A model generated the notes under the pieces. It saw only the letters and a list, made by a program, of their open reading frames with translations. It was not told the DNA's origin and made no database searches. The translations under genes were made by a program, and so were the position numbers. This document shows, one piece after another, positions 37,203 through 46,348 of a DNA stretch of 64,000 nucleotides (position 1 is the first letter of the stretch; every line of letters begins with the position of its first letter). The DNA lies in sequence record NC_028950.1; one strand, written 5' to 3'.

Positions 37203-38768
37203 TTAATTCTTCGATTTAAAAACGCCATTGACGGTACTGAACTGTACGGTCTTCATGGCACGATTGATGGTTCGGCCTTTGAGACATTCAGCGAATGCGT
37301 CGTAGGAGCGTGGCGTCAAGCCGTTAGCGAGAATGTTGTCGCACGGCCGATAGTTGCCCGCGGTCGTCGGCGCAATGTACTGCACGATCTGTTCGAACGC
37401 ACAGGGCGAATTACGCAGACGAGCCTTGGCATCTTCCGTGATGTAGGTGAGGTCAGTGGTCACCGAAACACGCAAATGCCAGACCTTACGTTTGTTGAGC
37501 GGCTGAGTCGAATAGACGTTCAGATTCTCATCCATGCGAATCCAGCTCGGATCAGCCAGCAGTCGACCCATGTAAAGGGCGACGTTCACTGCCGATTGGC
37601 GAGGCTTGGTCACATACTGAGCTTCCGACGCCATGAACTGCTTCATGCAGTCACTGAACTGGAAACCGTACGAATCCGCTTCGAGATCCGTCAGGTTCAT
37701 GAGCAGGTTCGGATCCATCCCAGCTGCCACTTGTTCGTCAGTTGGCAACAACACGAGAGTCGTCACCATACGCATCGTCCTTTCAGGAACATTGCGAGGC
37801 ATGAACTCATCGAACGTCGGGAAGTAACGACCCGGGAAATCACGCCATACCTGATTGATGTCGTTCATAGCTTCAAACGACTTCAGATGTGCCATCGACC
37901 AGCTACGTGATTGCTGATGGTCTTCCAAACGCTGGAAGCCTTCCTGATTGCGGAACTTCTTGTCCAGGATCTGATTGTGAACCGAGATCGGGTACATGAA
38001 GTGAATGTCCTTCGGCTTCTCGTAACGCAGTACGTACGGAATTTCCACTTCCCATACATCGGTTTCGTCTTTACGCTGACCGAAGTCAGGTTCAGAACCG
38101 ATGTCGAAGAAACCGAGACAACGCATCTGGGTATCTTTGAATACCCCCAGCGTGTTCTTACCAGCCTGATCAGTCAACAGACCGTATCGGGGATTGACCC
38201 ATTTCTGGAAGAACGTGTCAAAGTCCTCGCCATAGCCCGCTACAGCCTCCTGGAGGCTCCAGAGTTCTTTCAGGATGACCATGTAGGACTCAGGCATCGC
38301 AAACGAATACTGAAGCGTATGAAGCCACGTATCTTCGCGGTTCGGGATCTTCATGATCATGTAATCGTACCAGCGACGAGCATCCGTCTTGTTCTTGGCA
38401 CGATAATGGATCGAGAACTTCATTTCCACCGATGCATAAATCGGACGCATCTCGATTTCGAGGTCACGATTCAGAAAGAGTGGAATCTGTTCAGGCTGTT
38501 TGGTCACCATCGCCGGCAGCCAATCGTTGACGTAGTTCTCCGTAATTTCGATGAAGATCTTGTCAGTCGACGGCAGGCGAATGGTTTCGTATTTGTTGGA
38601 GATATAGCCATGAGGCTGAGCGACCGTATCCGCATAACCCGGATAGTTAATGTTCATGTTTGCGGGCAAACCGAGACGATCGATCAGAATTTCCTGGACC
38701 GTGGCTACAGCGATGGCACGACTCACCGACTGATCGGATTCCAGGATAGGTCTTTGAATCTTGGGCAT
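37203..38768 (-). CDS. Virion structural protein (phiKZ gp98-like)
   Basis: 521 aa; synteny. Confidence 0.6.
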   Translation of the reverse strand: MPKIQRPILESDQSVSRAIAVATVQEILIDRLGLPANMNINYPGYADTVAQPHGYISNKYETIRLPSTDKIFIEITENYVNDWLPAMVTKQPEQIPLFLNRDLEIEMRPIYASVEMKFSIHYRAKNKTDARRWYDYMIMKIPNREDTWLHTLQYSFAMPESYMVILKELWSLQEAVAGYGEDFDTFFQKWVNPRYGLLTDQAGKNTLGVFKDTQMRCLGFFDIGSEPDFGQRKDETDVWEVEIPYVLRYEKPKDIHFMYPISVHNQILDKKFRNQEGFQRLEDHQQSRSWSMAHLKSFEAMNDINQVWRDFPGRYFPTFDEFMPRNVPERTMRMVTTLVLLPTDEQVAAGMDPNLLMNLTDLEADSYGFQFSDCMKQFMASEAQYVTKPRQSAVNVALYMGRLLADPSWIRMDENLNVYSTQPLNKRKVWHLRVSVTTDLTYITEDAKARLRNSPCAFEQIVQYIAPTTAGNYRPCDNILANGLTPRSYDAFAECLKGRTINRAMKTVQFSTVNGVFKSKN

Positions 38769-38802
38769 AAGTTGTCCAGTGTTGGTTCTATGTCAAAAGA
38801 TG

Positions 38803-39219
38803 TCACTCGTTTCGCTGCATGTAATCAGGCAGATCGGGAAACGGCAAAATCTTTCCTTTCAATTCGTGGGAGCAGTCGTCCAGGAAATACACTTCTCCCG
38901 GCTTGGCTCCATTGCAGCCTACCCAGGTATGGCACTGCTGGCATTCGAAATCGTGTTCGTCTTCAGGATGCTTCTCGTTGAACGTACACCAGCAATCGTC
39001 ACCAGGTTTATGGGAAGTACAGTAGTGACCGGAACGCGTGAGAACGCTCGGACCGAAGACGGGATTGTTCACATCTCCATTCCACGTCCAGTTCTGACCC
39101 GGAGGACCACCTTGTGTGGTGATCTGGTGCGTGGTTTTACATCCTTGGCACCAGTAGGTCAAACCGCTACGGCCACGATTGTCAGACCAGTTACGAAGTT
39201 TCGAAGACAGAAGCGCCAT
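38803..39219 (-). CDS. DUF6527-like Cys/His metal-binding protein
   Basis: CQGC..H...WTWNGD...PSVL...CH...FLDDCSHEL. Confidence 0.7.
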   Translation of the reverse strand: MALLSSKLRNWSDNRGRSGLTYWCQGCKTTHQITTQGGPPGQNWTWNGDVNNPVFGPSVLTRSGHYCTSHKPGDDCWCTFNEKHPEDEHDFECQQCHTWVGCNGAKPGEVYFLDDCSHELKGKILPFPDLPDYMQRNE

Positions 39220-39294
39220 GATGTTCTCAATAAAGATTAACCAAAGGATCAACACTACCAGTAGCCTTTCGGCTACTGGTAGAGGATCTGCTGT

Positions 39295-39573
39295 TTAGTC
39301 GTCGTGACCACGAGTGCGTTCACGGAAGGAACTGTGACCCGACATCCGGGCTTTCAGATCCTTGTTGTTGGCGTCTCCAGGACCGTATGCATCGTTGATG
39401 GTCCTGACTGCACGCACAGCCGCATGGCCGACGTTCTTGGCTGAACCCACCACTACTTCCTTAACGTCATGCGCGGCGTTCTTCACACCTTGCTTGGCGT
39501 TTTCTTTGGTGTCCTGCCACGAGCTCAGGGAAACTTGGCTCTTGCGAGGTTTGTCGATTTGGTAGAAGCCCAT
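39295..39573 (-). CDS. Small hypothetical protein
   Basis: TGATC-ATG coupling to the upstream gene; followed by a hairpin. Confidence 0.55.
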   Translation of the reverse strand: MGFYQIDKPRKSQVSLSSWQDTKENAKQGVKNAAHDVKEVVVGSAKNVGHAAVRAVRTINDAYGPGDANNKDLKARMSGHSSFRERTRGHDD

Positions 39574-39575
39574 GA

Positions 39576-40886
39576 TCAGTGTCCGTCCTTCTTCAGGTCA
39601 ACGTGGTTACCGCTACGGTTGTTGAAAGCCAACACGTATTGGGCGAGATTGATGAAGGAGTTCACGATCCCGTCCACCATGCCGTAATACATCAGGCCGG
39701 GCTGATCCATCGTCTTCTGGAAGAACTTCAGATCGTACATCATGATGTCACGGTCGGATTTCTTCTCTTTGCTGGAGAAGAGTCCTGCACCGATCTTCTT
39801 GATCTTGGCTTCCATGCCCTTGATGAACGCTTCCTTGTCAACCTGATACTGCTTGACTTTATCCGCACAGGCGAGCAACTGCTTGTTCAGATACTGGATG
39901 TTCTCGATGAGCTTGTCGGGATTGGCGAAATCGCCTTCCAGTACAGCATACTTGTTCAGGTTGATGATGCCTTCGACCTTCGTCTTGCTGATCTTCAGAC
40001 CATCCACCCAACGAAGATTCTGCTTCATCACGTCGTCGCTCTTCGCATCGTACTTGGGAGGAGGCGGCATCTGAACCGTGATGAAAGTGCTGTCGCCGAA
40101 TTCTTCCGACGCATACACCTTAACATCGCCATTCTTACCGCGAGCAGCAGCAAGGATCTTTCCGTCACGAGTTTCCTCGAACGGAACAGGCATGGAGTCG
40201 TCGGTCGGCTTGTCGCCCATCATGCTTTCTTTGGCCTTGTGGTTCATCTCGTGCTGGGCGCTAAACACCTTCAGCATTTCAGAACCGATACGAGCCAAAG
40301 TCGGACCATCCATGATGCCGTGGTTGGTCACGATATGCTTAAGGATTTCAGGCTTGGACAGATCGCACTTGGTGTAGAAGCCGTTGGAGCCAATGGGATA
40401 CGGACCATCCTTCTTCTGTTCGTCGGTCTTTTTCTCGTTGGCAGCTTTGACTTCTTCAGCCTTGTTCTTCAGATCGGCTGTCTTTTCTTCATGATCCTTG
40501 TTGCGCGTGAAGATACGCTTGATCAGACCCCCGACCCACAGGAACGCTTTCTTGATCGCATTGATAATGGACATGAAAACATTCTTGATGCCTTCGCCGA
40601 AACCTTCAAGAGCAGCGTGACTGATGTCATGTTGCTTGAACGATTGCAGATCGGGAATCACTTTGTTCGAATTTCCGCCGATACGACCCAGACGCAGGAA
40701 GCATTCAACGGAGTGCTGGACGAGTTTATACGCCGTCTCATCGAGTCCCTTATCGCCGTCGGTCATCAGTTCCTGGGTATACGTGAGACTTTCCAGAGTC
40801 TGAATGGCCGTTTCGACTTTCTCGTTATCGTGAGCATAAGCCTGGAGGTCCAGATCCAAGCTATCGTTATAGGTGAGTGAGCTCAT
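39576..40886 (-). CDS. Internal head (inner-body/ejected) protein, processed paralogue family
   Basis: Acidic propeptide, A-x-E site (AALE/GFGE), then amphipathic IKKAFLWVGGLIKRIF. Confidence 0.7.
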   Translation of the reverse strand: MSSLTYNDSLDLDLQAYAHDNEKVETAIQTLESLTYTQELMTDGDKGLDETAYKLVQHSVECFLRLGRIGGNSNKVIPDLQSFKQHDISHAALEGFGEGIKNVFMSIINAIKKAFLWVGGLIKRIFTRNKDHEEKTADLKNKAEEVKAANEKKTDEQKKDGPYPIGSNGFYTKCDLSKPEILKHIVTNHGIMDGPTLARIGSEMLKVFSAQHEMNHKAKESMMGDKPTDDSMPVPFEETRDGKILAAARGKNGDVKVYASEEFGDSTFITVQMPPPPKYDAKSDDVMKQNLRWVDGLKISKTKVEGIINLNKYAVLEGDFANPDKLIENIQYLNKQLLACADKVKQYQVDKEAFIKGMEAKIKKIGAGLFSSKEKKSDRDIMMYDLKFFQKTMDQPGLMYYGMVDGIVNSFINLAQYVLAFNNRSGNHVDLKKDGH

Positions 40887-40913
40887 CGGATTCCTTAATT
40901 AGACGTCATAAGA

Positions 40914-40947
40914 GAATACTCAGGAGCCCGAAGGCTCCTGAGTATTC
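40914..40947 (-). terminator. Hairpin terminator
   Basis: 15-bp stem, UUCG loop, then TATG. Confidence 0.8.
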
Positions 40948-40992
40948 CCAGTGACAACTAACCGAAGTCAGTTACCGGCACGAAGCCAAGGA

Positions 40993-42309
40993 TTACTCCT
41001 TGTTTTCGTACTGGCGTGCCGACAGTTCGGCGTATTGCAGCGCCGAGCTCATGCCGCGGATCGAGTGCGAGGCGTACGACGCCGCCGGCTCGTCCATCAG
41101 CTTGCGGAAGATCGTCGCGTTGGCCTTGGCGATCTTGTCCTGGTCAGCCTTCGAGTCACCAGCAGCGCGCTCGTCGCTACGCGACATGTACTTTTCGAGC
41201 TTCTGGATGAACTTCGTCTTGTTGTTGTTGATCTCGGTCAGGTTGCGCTTGTACTCGCTGACTTCGCCGGCGAACTTCTCGATGGCTTCCGCGAAGCCGC
41301 GGATTTCGTCGACGCCGAGGGTCTTCAGGCTCTTGCCTTCGTCCTTCTTCTCGGACAGGCTCACCGAACCGGCCTTGATCTTGCTCGCGTACTCGCCAGC
41401 GCCCTTCGCGTCCGTGCCTTGGTTCTTGGCCATGGCCAGGTACACGACGGATTCGCCCGGGAAGCGCGAGGTCACGTAGACCGCGACGTCGCTTTCAGCC
41501 GTCACGCGCTTGGCGGTGCCGCCGTCGGCCGGCTTCATGCCGTACGATGCCGGGGTCGGCTCGATCATGTCGGTCACGCTGACTTCGGCGATCTTGCCGA
41601 ACTTGTCGGTCAGTTCCTTCTGAGCCTTGAAGAGGGCTGCGCCTTCCTTCGAGAGCTCTTGCAGGCCCTGCACCGTCACCGGAGCGCCGTTGACGCGCAC
41701 AGCGTTGTACAGGCTGTTGTTTTCGAAGCTGGCTTCTTCAGCCTGGCCCGACAGCTTCGTCGTCGATTCCTTCAGCTTCTGAGCGCGCTGTTGCAGACGC
41801 TCGGCCGCGCCGAAGATCTTGTTGAAGAAGTTGCGGACCCACTCGATCGACTTCTTGATCGCGTCGACGATCGATTGCCAGATCTTCTTGGCGGAGATTT
41901 CGAGTGCTTCGACGGTGGCTTTGCCCAGGGCAGCGCGGTTGCTGCGCGTACGGAACGATTCCGACGACGGGATGCCGAGCTGCTTGTACGTCACGCCGAT
42001 GCGTGCGACGCGGAGCAGCGTTTCGACGGACGTTTCGATGATCTCGGCCGTGTTCTCGTCGATGCCTTCGCCTTCGTTCGCTTCCGCGACTTGTTCGGCG
42101 ATGGTTTCCAGGCCGTCGGCTGCAACAGCAGCTGCGTCGATCTGGTCGTTGCCCGTGTTGATCGCAGCTTCGTCGGCGTTGATTTCGCTGACGGCCGATG
42201 CCAGGGTGTTGGTTTCGTCCGGAGCGATTGCGTCAGCACCGGTCATGTTGTCTGCGGCGTCGAAGTTTTCGTTCGAGTGCAGGATGCCGCTTTGCGGAAG
42301 GAAAGACAT
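40993..42309 (-). CDS. Abundant internal head protein (phiKZ gp93/gp162-like family)
   Basis: Acidic propeptide, SSESF and EALE sites, IKKSIEWVRNFFNKIF, strong codon bias. Confidence 0.75.
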   Translation of the reverse strand: MSFLPQSGILHSNENFDAADNMTGADAIAPDETNTLASAVSEINADEAAINTGNDQIDAAAVAADGLETIAEQVAEANEGEGIDENTAEIIETSVETLLRVARIGVTYKQLGIPSSESFRTRSNRAALGKATVEALEISAKKIWQSIVDAIKKSIEWVRNFFNKIFGAAERLQQRAQKLKESTTKLSGQAEEASFENNSLYNAVRVNGAPVTVQGLQELSKEGAALFKAQKELTDKFGKIAEVSVTDMIEPTPASYGMKPADGGTAKRVTAESDVAVYVTSRFPGESVVYLAMAKNQGTDAKGAGEYASKIKAGSVSLSEKKDEGKSLKTLGVDEIRGFAEAIEKFAGEVSEYKRNLTEINNNKTKFIQKLEKYMSRSDERAAGDSKADQDKIAKANATIFRKLMDEPAASYASHSIRGMSSALQYAELSARQYENKE

Positions 42310-42441
42310 GTGGATTACTCCATTGCAATGAAGAGGTTACTAAGAGGCCCTTAGTTTAAAACACCTACTCTCGTAGGATCCGGAAAAACGTGCATTCTAA
42401 ACTATATGCCTAAAACACACGTTCTAGTTCTCACCAGACTA

Positions 42442-43026
42442 TTAAGAGCCAAAGAACACGCGAAGGGTGAAAAGCATGTCGCTCAAACCATCCCGTTGTC
42501 CCAGCCATGTACGCAGGAAGTCCCGGATGAGAACGGGTTCGTTGTTGTACCTGTTCAGAAGGAACTCGCGAGTGGCGACTCCGACCGTCCAGGCGTTGTG
42601 CTTTCCGATGTCCAGTGTGTCCACATAGATCATCGGATGATACTTCCGGAACCCCGTGTACACGTAGCAGACCGTCTCGTCAACGAAACGATTTTGCATC
42701 GTGTCAAAATATGGGTTCTGTTTTTGTTTTTCGATCCATTCATTGATCGTCAAAGTGCCGAAAGCACCGAGGGCAGACCGATACAGGCGTTCGCGAAAAG
42801 CGAAATCCCGCTTGAGCATGTCCTCGTGCTTCGTGACCTCTTTCCAGAGTTCCTCGATGTCCGCGTTCGGAGTGAGGTCATTGGCCTCAGACTCCAAAGT
42901 GATACGCCGAGTTGCGGCACCTATAAGATCCACCTGAATGGGTTTGTTCACCTGAGCCTTACGGTACTCGATGGGTGCACCGAGAAAACCGTTCGGGTAG
43001 AGTTTCAACCCACCGAAGATCTTCAT
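42442..43026 (-). CDS. Conserved phiKZ-like protein (gp91-like)
   Basis: Synteny. Confidence 0.55.
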   Translation of the reverse strand: MKIFGGLKLYPNGFLGAPIEYRKAQVNKPIQVDLIGAATRRITLESEANDLTPNADIEELWKEVTKHEDMLKRDFAFRERLYRSALGAFGTLTINEWIEKQKQNPYFDTMQNRFVDETVCYVYTGFRKYHPMIYVDTLDIGKHNAWTVGVATREFLLNRYNNEPVLIRDFLRTWLGQRDGLSDMLFTLRVFFGS

Positions 43027-43916
43027 TACTGCATCTCCTCTTCGGCCTTGTTGATTTTGTAAATCAAGCCTTCCGACTTATCGCGCAGGAGTTTGATCTC
43101 CTTCTCGACTTGCGGGTTGGACTTGCCGGCTTGCGCTTCTTCCAGGAGCAGGATACGCGACTGGATGCGACGCAGGTCTTCCTGCGCCTCTTTGTAGCGC
43201 CATGCCTGGAACTCGACGATCCACTTGCCGATGTGGAAGAACGGGTTCAAGCCGACCGGGATGAAACCCATCTTGAACGGGTCCATCTTCAGTCGACCAA
43301 ACAGCGCGTTGTTGTCGTCGCTGTCCACGTCCACCTTCACGTTCGGGATCTCGTCGAACTTCGACTTGAACTTGTCGTCCGACAATGCTTCGAGAACTTC
43401 CAGGAAGAACGGGAAGCGATCTTCCACCCACGAAGCTTCACCCTTCGTGAGGTTGTCCTTCTGATAGTCCTCGTACATGCCGATGGCTTCGGTTTCGTAC
43501 ACCGTGACTGCCTCGATGAACTTGCGGCAGAAACGGTTCAGGAATGAAGCGTTGTCCACCAGTTGCATCATGACAGCCGAACGATGGTCGATCGTGGCCT
43601 GCGACACCGTGTCGGGCATCGTCTTGCGGATTTCCTGAGCCAGGATATCCAGGTTCTTGGCAACCTTGTGGAGGCGCTCTTTCAGGTCTTCGACCACTGC
43701 CGCGTTGCGTCCCAGACGGAATGCTTCGCGATAGCGTTCTTCGTACCCGAGGACCATCTCCGACTTCGGCTTGGTCGTTTTGAATGCCGCAGCAGCGGTG
43801 CTGACGATCGGAGTGACTTTGGTGCTCAGATCTTGCTGAACCACTTCCAGCGAGGAGAGTACCTCGTCCTTACTCGTCACACCCTTGAGCGACTTGACGT
43901 ATGCGTTGATATTCAT
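43026..43916 (-). CDS. Major inner-body protein (phiKZ gp90-like)
   Basis: Synteny; GFIPVGLNPFFHIGKW motif and C-terminal coiled coil. Confidence 0.65.
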   Translation of the reverse strand: MNINAYVKSLKGVTSKDEVLSSLEVVQQDLSTKVTPIVSTAAAAFKTTKPKSEMVLGYEERYREAFRLGRNAAVVEDLKERLHKVAKNLDILAQEIRKTMPDTVSQATIDHRSAVMMQLVDNASFLNRFCRKFIEAVTVYETEAIGMYEDYQKDNLTKGEASWVEDRFPFFLEVLEALSDDKFKSKFDEIPNVKVDVDSDDNNALFGRLKMDPFKMGFIPVGLNPFFHIGKWIVEFQAWRYKEAQEDLRRIQSRILLLEEAQAGKSNPQVEKEIKLLRDKSEGLIYKINKAEEEMQ

Positions 43917-43932
43917 GTTGGCAGCCTTGCTG

Positions 43933-45033
43933 TTAGAAGCTCGGAGCGTTGCCGAGCTGGTAAGCTTTCAGAATATCGGTGATCGAGGCGCTTTCCTTCT
44001 GGTTGGCCGCCTTGCACTCGCGGATCGACAGATCCGACACCGACGGAATACCGGTCGTGTAGAACTGCACACGGTCGTATTCCGTATCCATCACGGCCAC
44101 GATGAACAAGCCCGTTGCGTCGAACAGCTTCTGGCGAGCCTTGAAGTTGCTGAACTTGTCGTTCATCGCCAGTTCGACCTTCTTGATGGTTTCCATCGTG
44201 GTCACCACCAGGTTCGTCGAGTTCGCAACCGACGGGTTCAGCGACAGCATGCCGGAGAACTTGTTGTTGCGACGCTGATTGGCGAGTGCCGTGTAGACGC
44301 CCGTCTTGTCCTGCATCAGGTTCTTCTTGTGTTCCTTCACGAGATCACGTGCCGTGAGCAGATCGACCAGATTGATCTGACCGCTACGGTACTTGATCCA
44401 GCGCGTGGACACATCGTTGTCGACATGACCAGTCGAGAGCAGCTTCGAGAGCAGGTCGGGGACCATCGTCGAGGCTTGCAGACGAATCATGATCGGCAGC
44501 GTACCCTTGTTGCCACCAGCGGACACCTGAACTTCCAGGAGCTTGCCCACCGACAGGTTGGACGCTTCCTTGATCACTTCCGTCGAACGCGAAGCCAGGC
44601 CGCCCGGTTCCGAGATTTCATTCTCGCCGCCGAGCATCTGCGTTGCTTCGTTCGAGATGGACTTGAACGACGGCAGACGATGCTTGAAGCTTTCGTTGGA
44701 CATCGTCCAGATCGCGCCGGCGGTGTCGATGGCGCTGTCTTTCGGACTGCGATTGGGGTTGAGCTTGTCCAGGTGACGAGCCACTGCGATGTTGTCGATG
44801 CTTGCCTGGAGCATGTTCCAGGACAGCAGATAGTATGCCGAAAAAGCCGAATGCAGTGACTGGGTCACTGTGGGCGTATTTTCGTTGAAGAGCACACTGG
44901 AGTCGACGATCATCAGGGGTTCGACGCGCGCAGGACGGGTGTAGTCGACGTACGAATCGGCAGTGCCGGAACGCATTGCGTCGATTACTTTGCCAGCGGT
45001 GACGAGGCCGGCTTCTCCAAGCTTTTCAAGCAT
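43933..45033 (-). CDS. Inner-body protein (phiKZ gp89-like)
   Basis: TRPARVEPLMIVD; synteny. Confidence 0.65.
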   Translation of the reverse strand: MLEKLGEAGLVTAGKVIDAMRSGTADSYVDYTRPARVEPLMIVDSSVLFNENTPTVTQSLHSAFSAYYLLSWNMLQASIDNIAVARHLDKLNPNRSPKDSAIDTAGAIWTMSNESFKHRLPSFKSISNEATQMLGGENEISEPGGLASRSTEVIKEASNLSVGKLLEVQVSAGGNKGTLPIMIRLQASTMVPDLLSKLLSTGHVDNDVSTRWIKYRSGQINLVDLLTARDLVKEHKKNLMQDKTGVYTALANQRRNNKFSGMLSLNPSVANSTNLVVTTMETIKKVELAMNDKFSNFKARQKLFDATGLFIVAVMDTEYDRVQFYTTGIPSVSDLSIRECKAANQKESASITDILKAYQLGNAPSF

Positions 45034-45065
45034 GATTTTATTCCTCGGGATAACAGGACTTTTAA

Positions 45066-46334
45066 ATGGATAACAGATTAGATCTAACGATCGACCAGAT
45101 CTATTCACTCGGGAAAAACGGGTCGGAGACCCTGCAAGCTGGGTTGGATCGGATCTATAATTCGACTCCGCTCGGTCCGTTGCCGAGTAACATGGTCAAC
45201 ACGATTTACGGTATCAACCACCGACAGACTCAGTTGGCTTTGCCTTTCAACCGCGACAATTATGGTTTGACATTTTTTACGCGGCCGAGGTTGAACCTGA
45301 CCACCAACAACATTCGTTTTGTTCGGCAAATGTATCCGTTGTTGAACACGGAGCCACGGTCTATTCAGCGGATCATCCGCTGCCTGCTGGATCCCTCACT
45401 GGCATATCCAGACACGCAGTACACTCAGATCCAACCTGTCAAGTCGCCCTACGTGGACGACCTGAATATGTTTATTCCACTGCTGTCCAACCTTTGTCTT
45501 ACGATTTCCGGCTGGCCTGATTACGTCGTCGATACACATACGACGCCCGAGGGTCATTATCGGGAATCGCACAGCATGGTCGACAGCAGTATTGAAGTTA
45601 AAAACACATACGAATTGTCGGCTTCCTTTCGGAACATACCGAATAATCCGGTCACATTATTGTTTTATTTCTGGATCTTCTACGCATCGAAGGTCTTCGA
45701 AGGTGAAATGATTCCGTACGGCTCCTCGCTGTATGAAAATGAGATCGATTACAACACCCGAATCTACCGTCTGGTACTGGATCCGACCAAGCGTTACGTT
45801 CAACATATCTTGTCGACTGGGGCGTCTTTCCCCCTCAATGCGCCGGTTGGTGCGCTGGGTAACTTCGACCACGACCAGCCCTTCAATGAATCAGGGGACA
45901 ACGTCAACATCCGCTTCCAATGTATCGGAATGGATTACAACGACCCGATCCAGATTCAGGAGTTTAACTCCGCTGTGGCGCTCATGAATCCTGGCATGGA
46001 CGATGGTTACCGCGACCAGTATTACATCAAGATTCCTTACCAGATCCTCTCGTTCTTCAACATGCGTGGTTATCCTCGCATCGACAAGAGCACGATGGAA
46101 CTGGAGTGGTACGTGTCCTACGCGATGTTCAACTCGTACGCTCAGCAGTTGAGTGACTTCGCCAATATCCAGGGCATGCGCAACCAGACATTCCTGCAAT
46201 ATATTTCCGCTGGCGACTCTACTAATTATAAGAAAGCCTTGGAAGACCTGGATACCGAAAATCTGAATCAGACGTTCAATGGTGGCGTTATTAAAGCTAA
46301 CGTCAACGGTAACTCTGGTTCCTCACAGACTTAA
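45066..46334 (+). CDS. Virion structural protein, tube-like/baseplate (phiKZ gp88-like)
   Basis: YGLTFFTRPRLNL; opposite strand as in phiKZ. Confidence 0.7.
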   Translation: MDNRLDLTIDQIYSLGKNGSETLQAGLDRIYNSTPLGPLPSNMVNTIYGINHRQTQLALPFNRDNYGLTFFTRPRLNLTTNNIRFVRQMYPLLNTEPRSIQRIIRCLLDPSLAYPDTQYTQIQPVKSPYVDDLNMFIPLLSNLCLTISGWPDYVVDTHTTPEGHYRESHSMVDSSIEVKNTYELSASFRNIPNNPVTLLFYFWIFYASKVFEGEMIPYGSSLYENEIDYNTRIYRLVLDPTKRYVQHILSTGASFPLNAPVGALGNFDHDQPFNESGDNVNIRFQCIGMDYNDPIQIQEFNSAVALMNPGMDDGYRDQYYIKIPYQILSFFNMRGYPRIDKSTMELEWYVSYAMFNSYAQQLSDFANIQGMRNQTFLQYISAGDSTNYKKALEDLDTENLNQTFNGGVIKANVNGNSGSSQT

Positions 46335-46348
46335 CTGGAGCCATTTTA

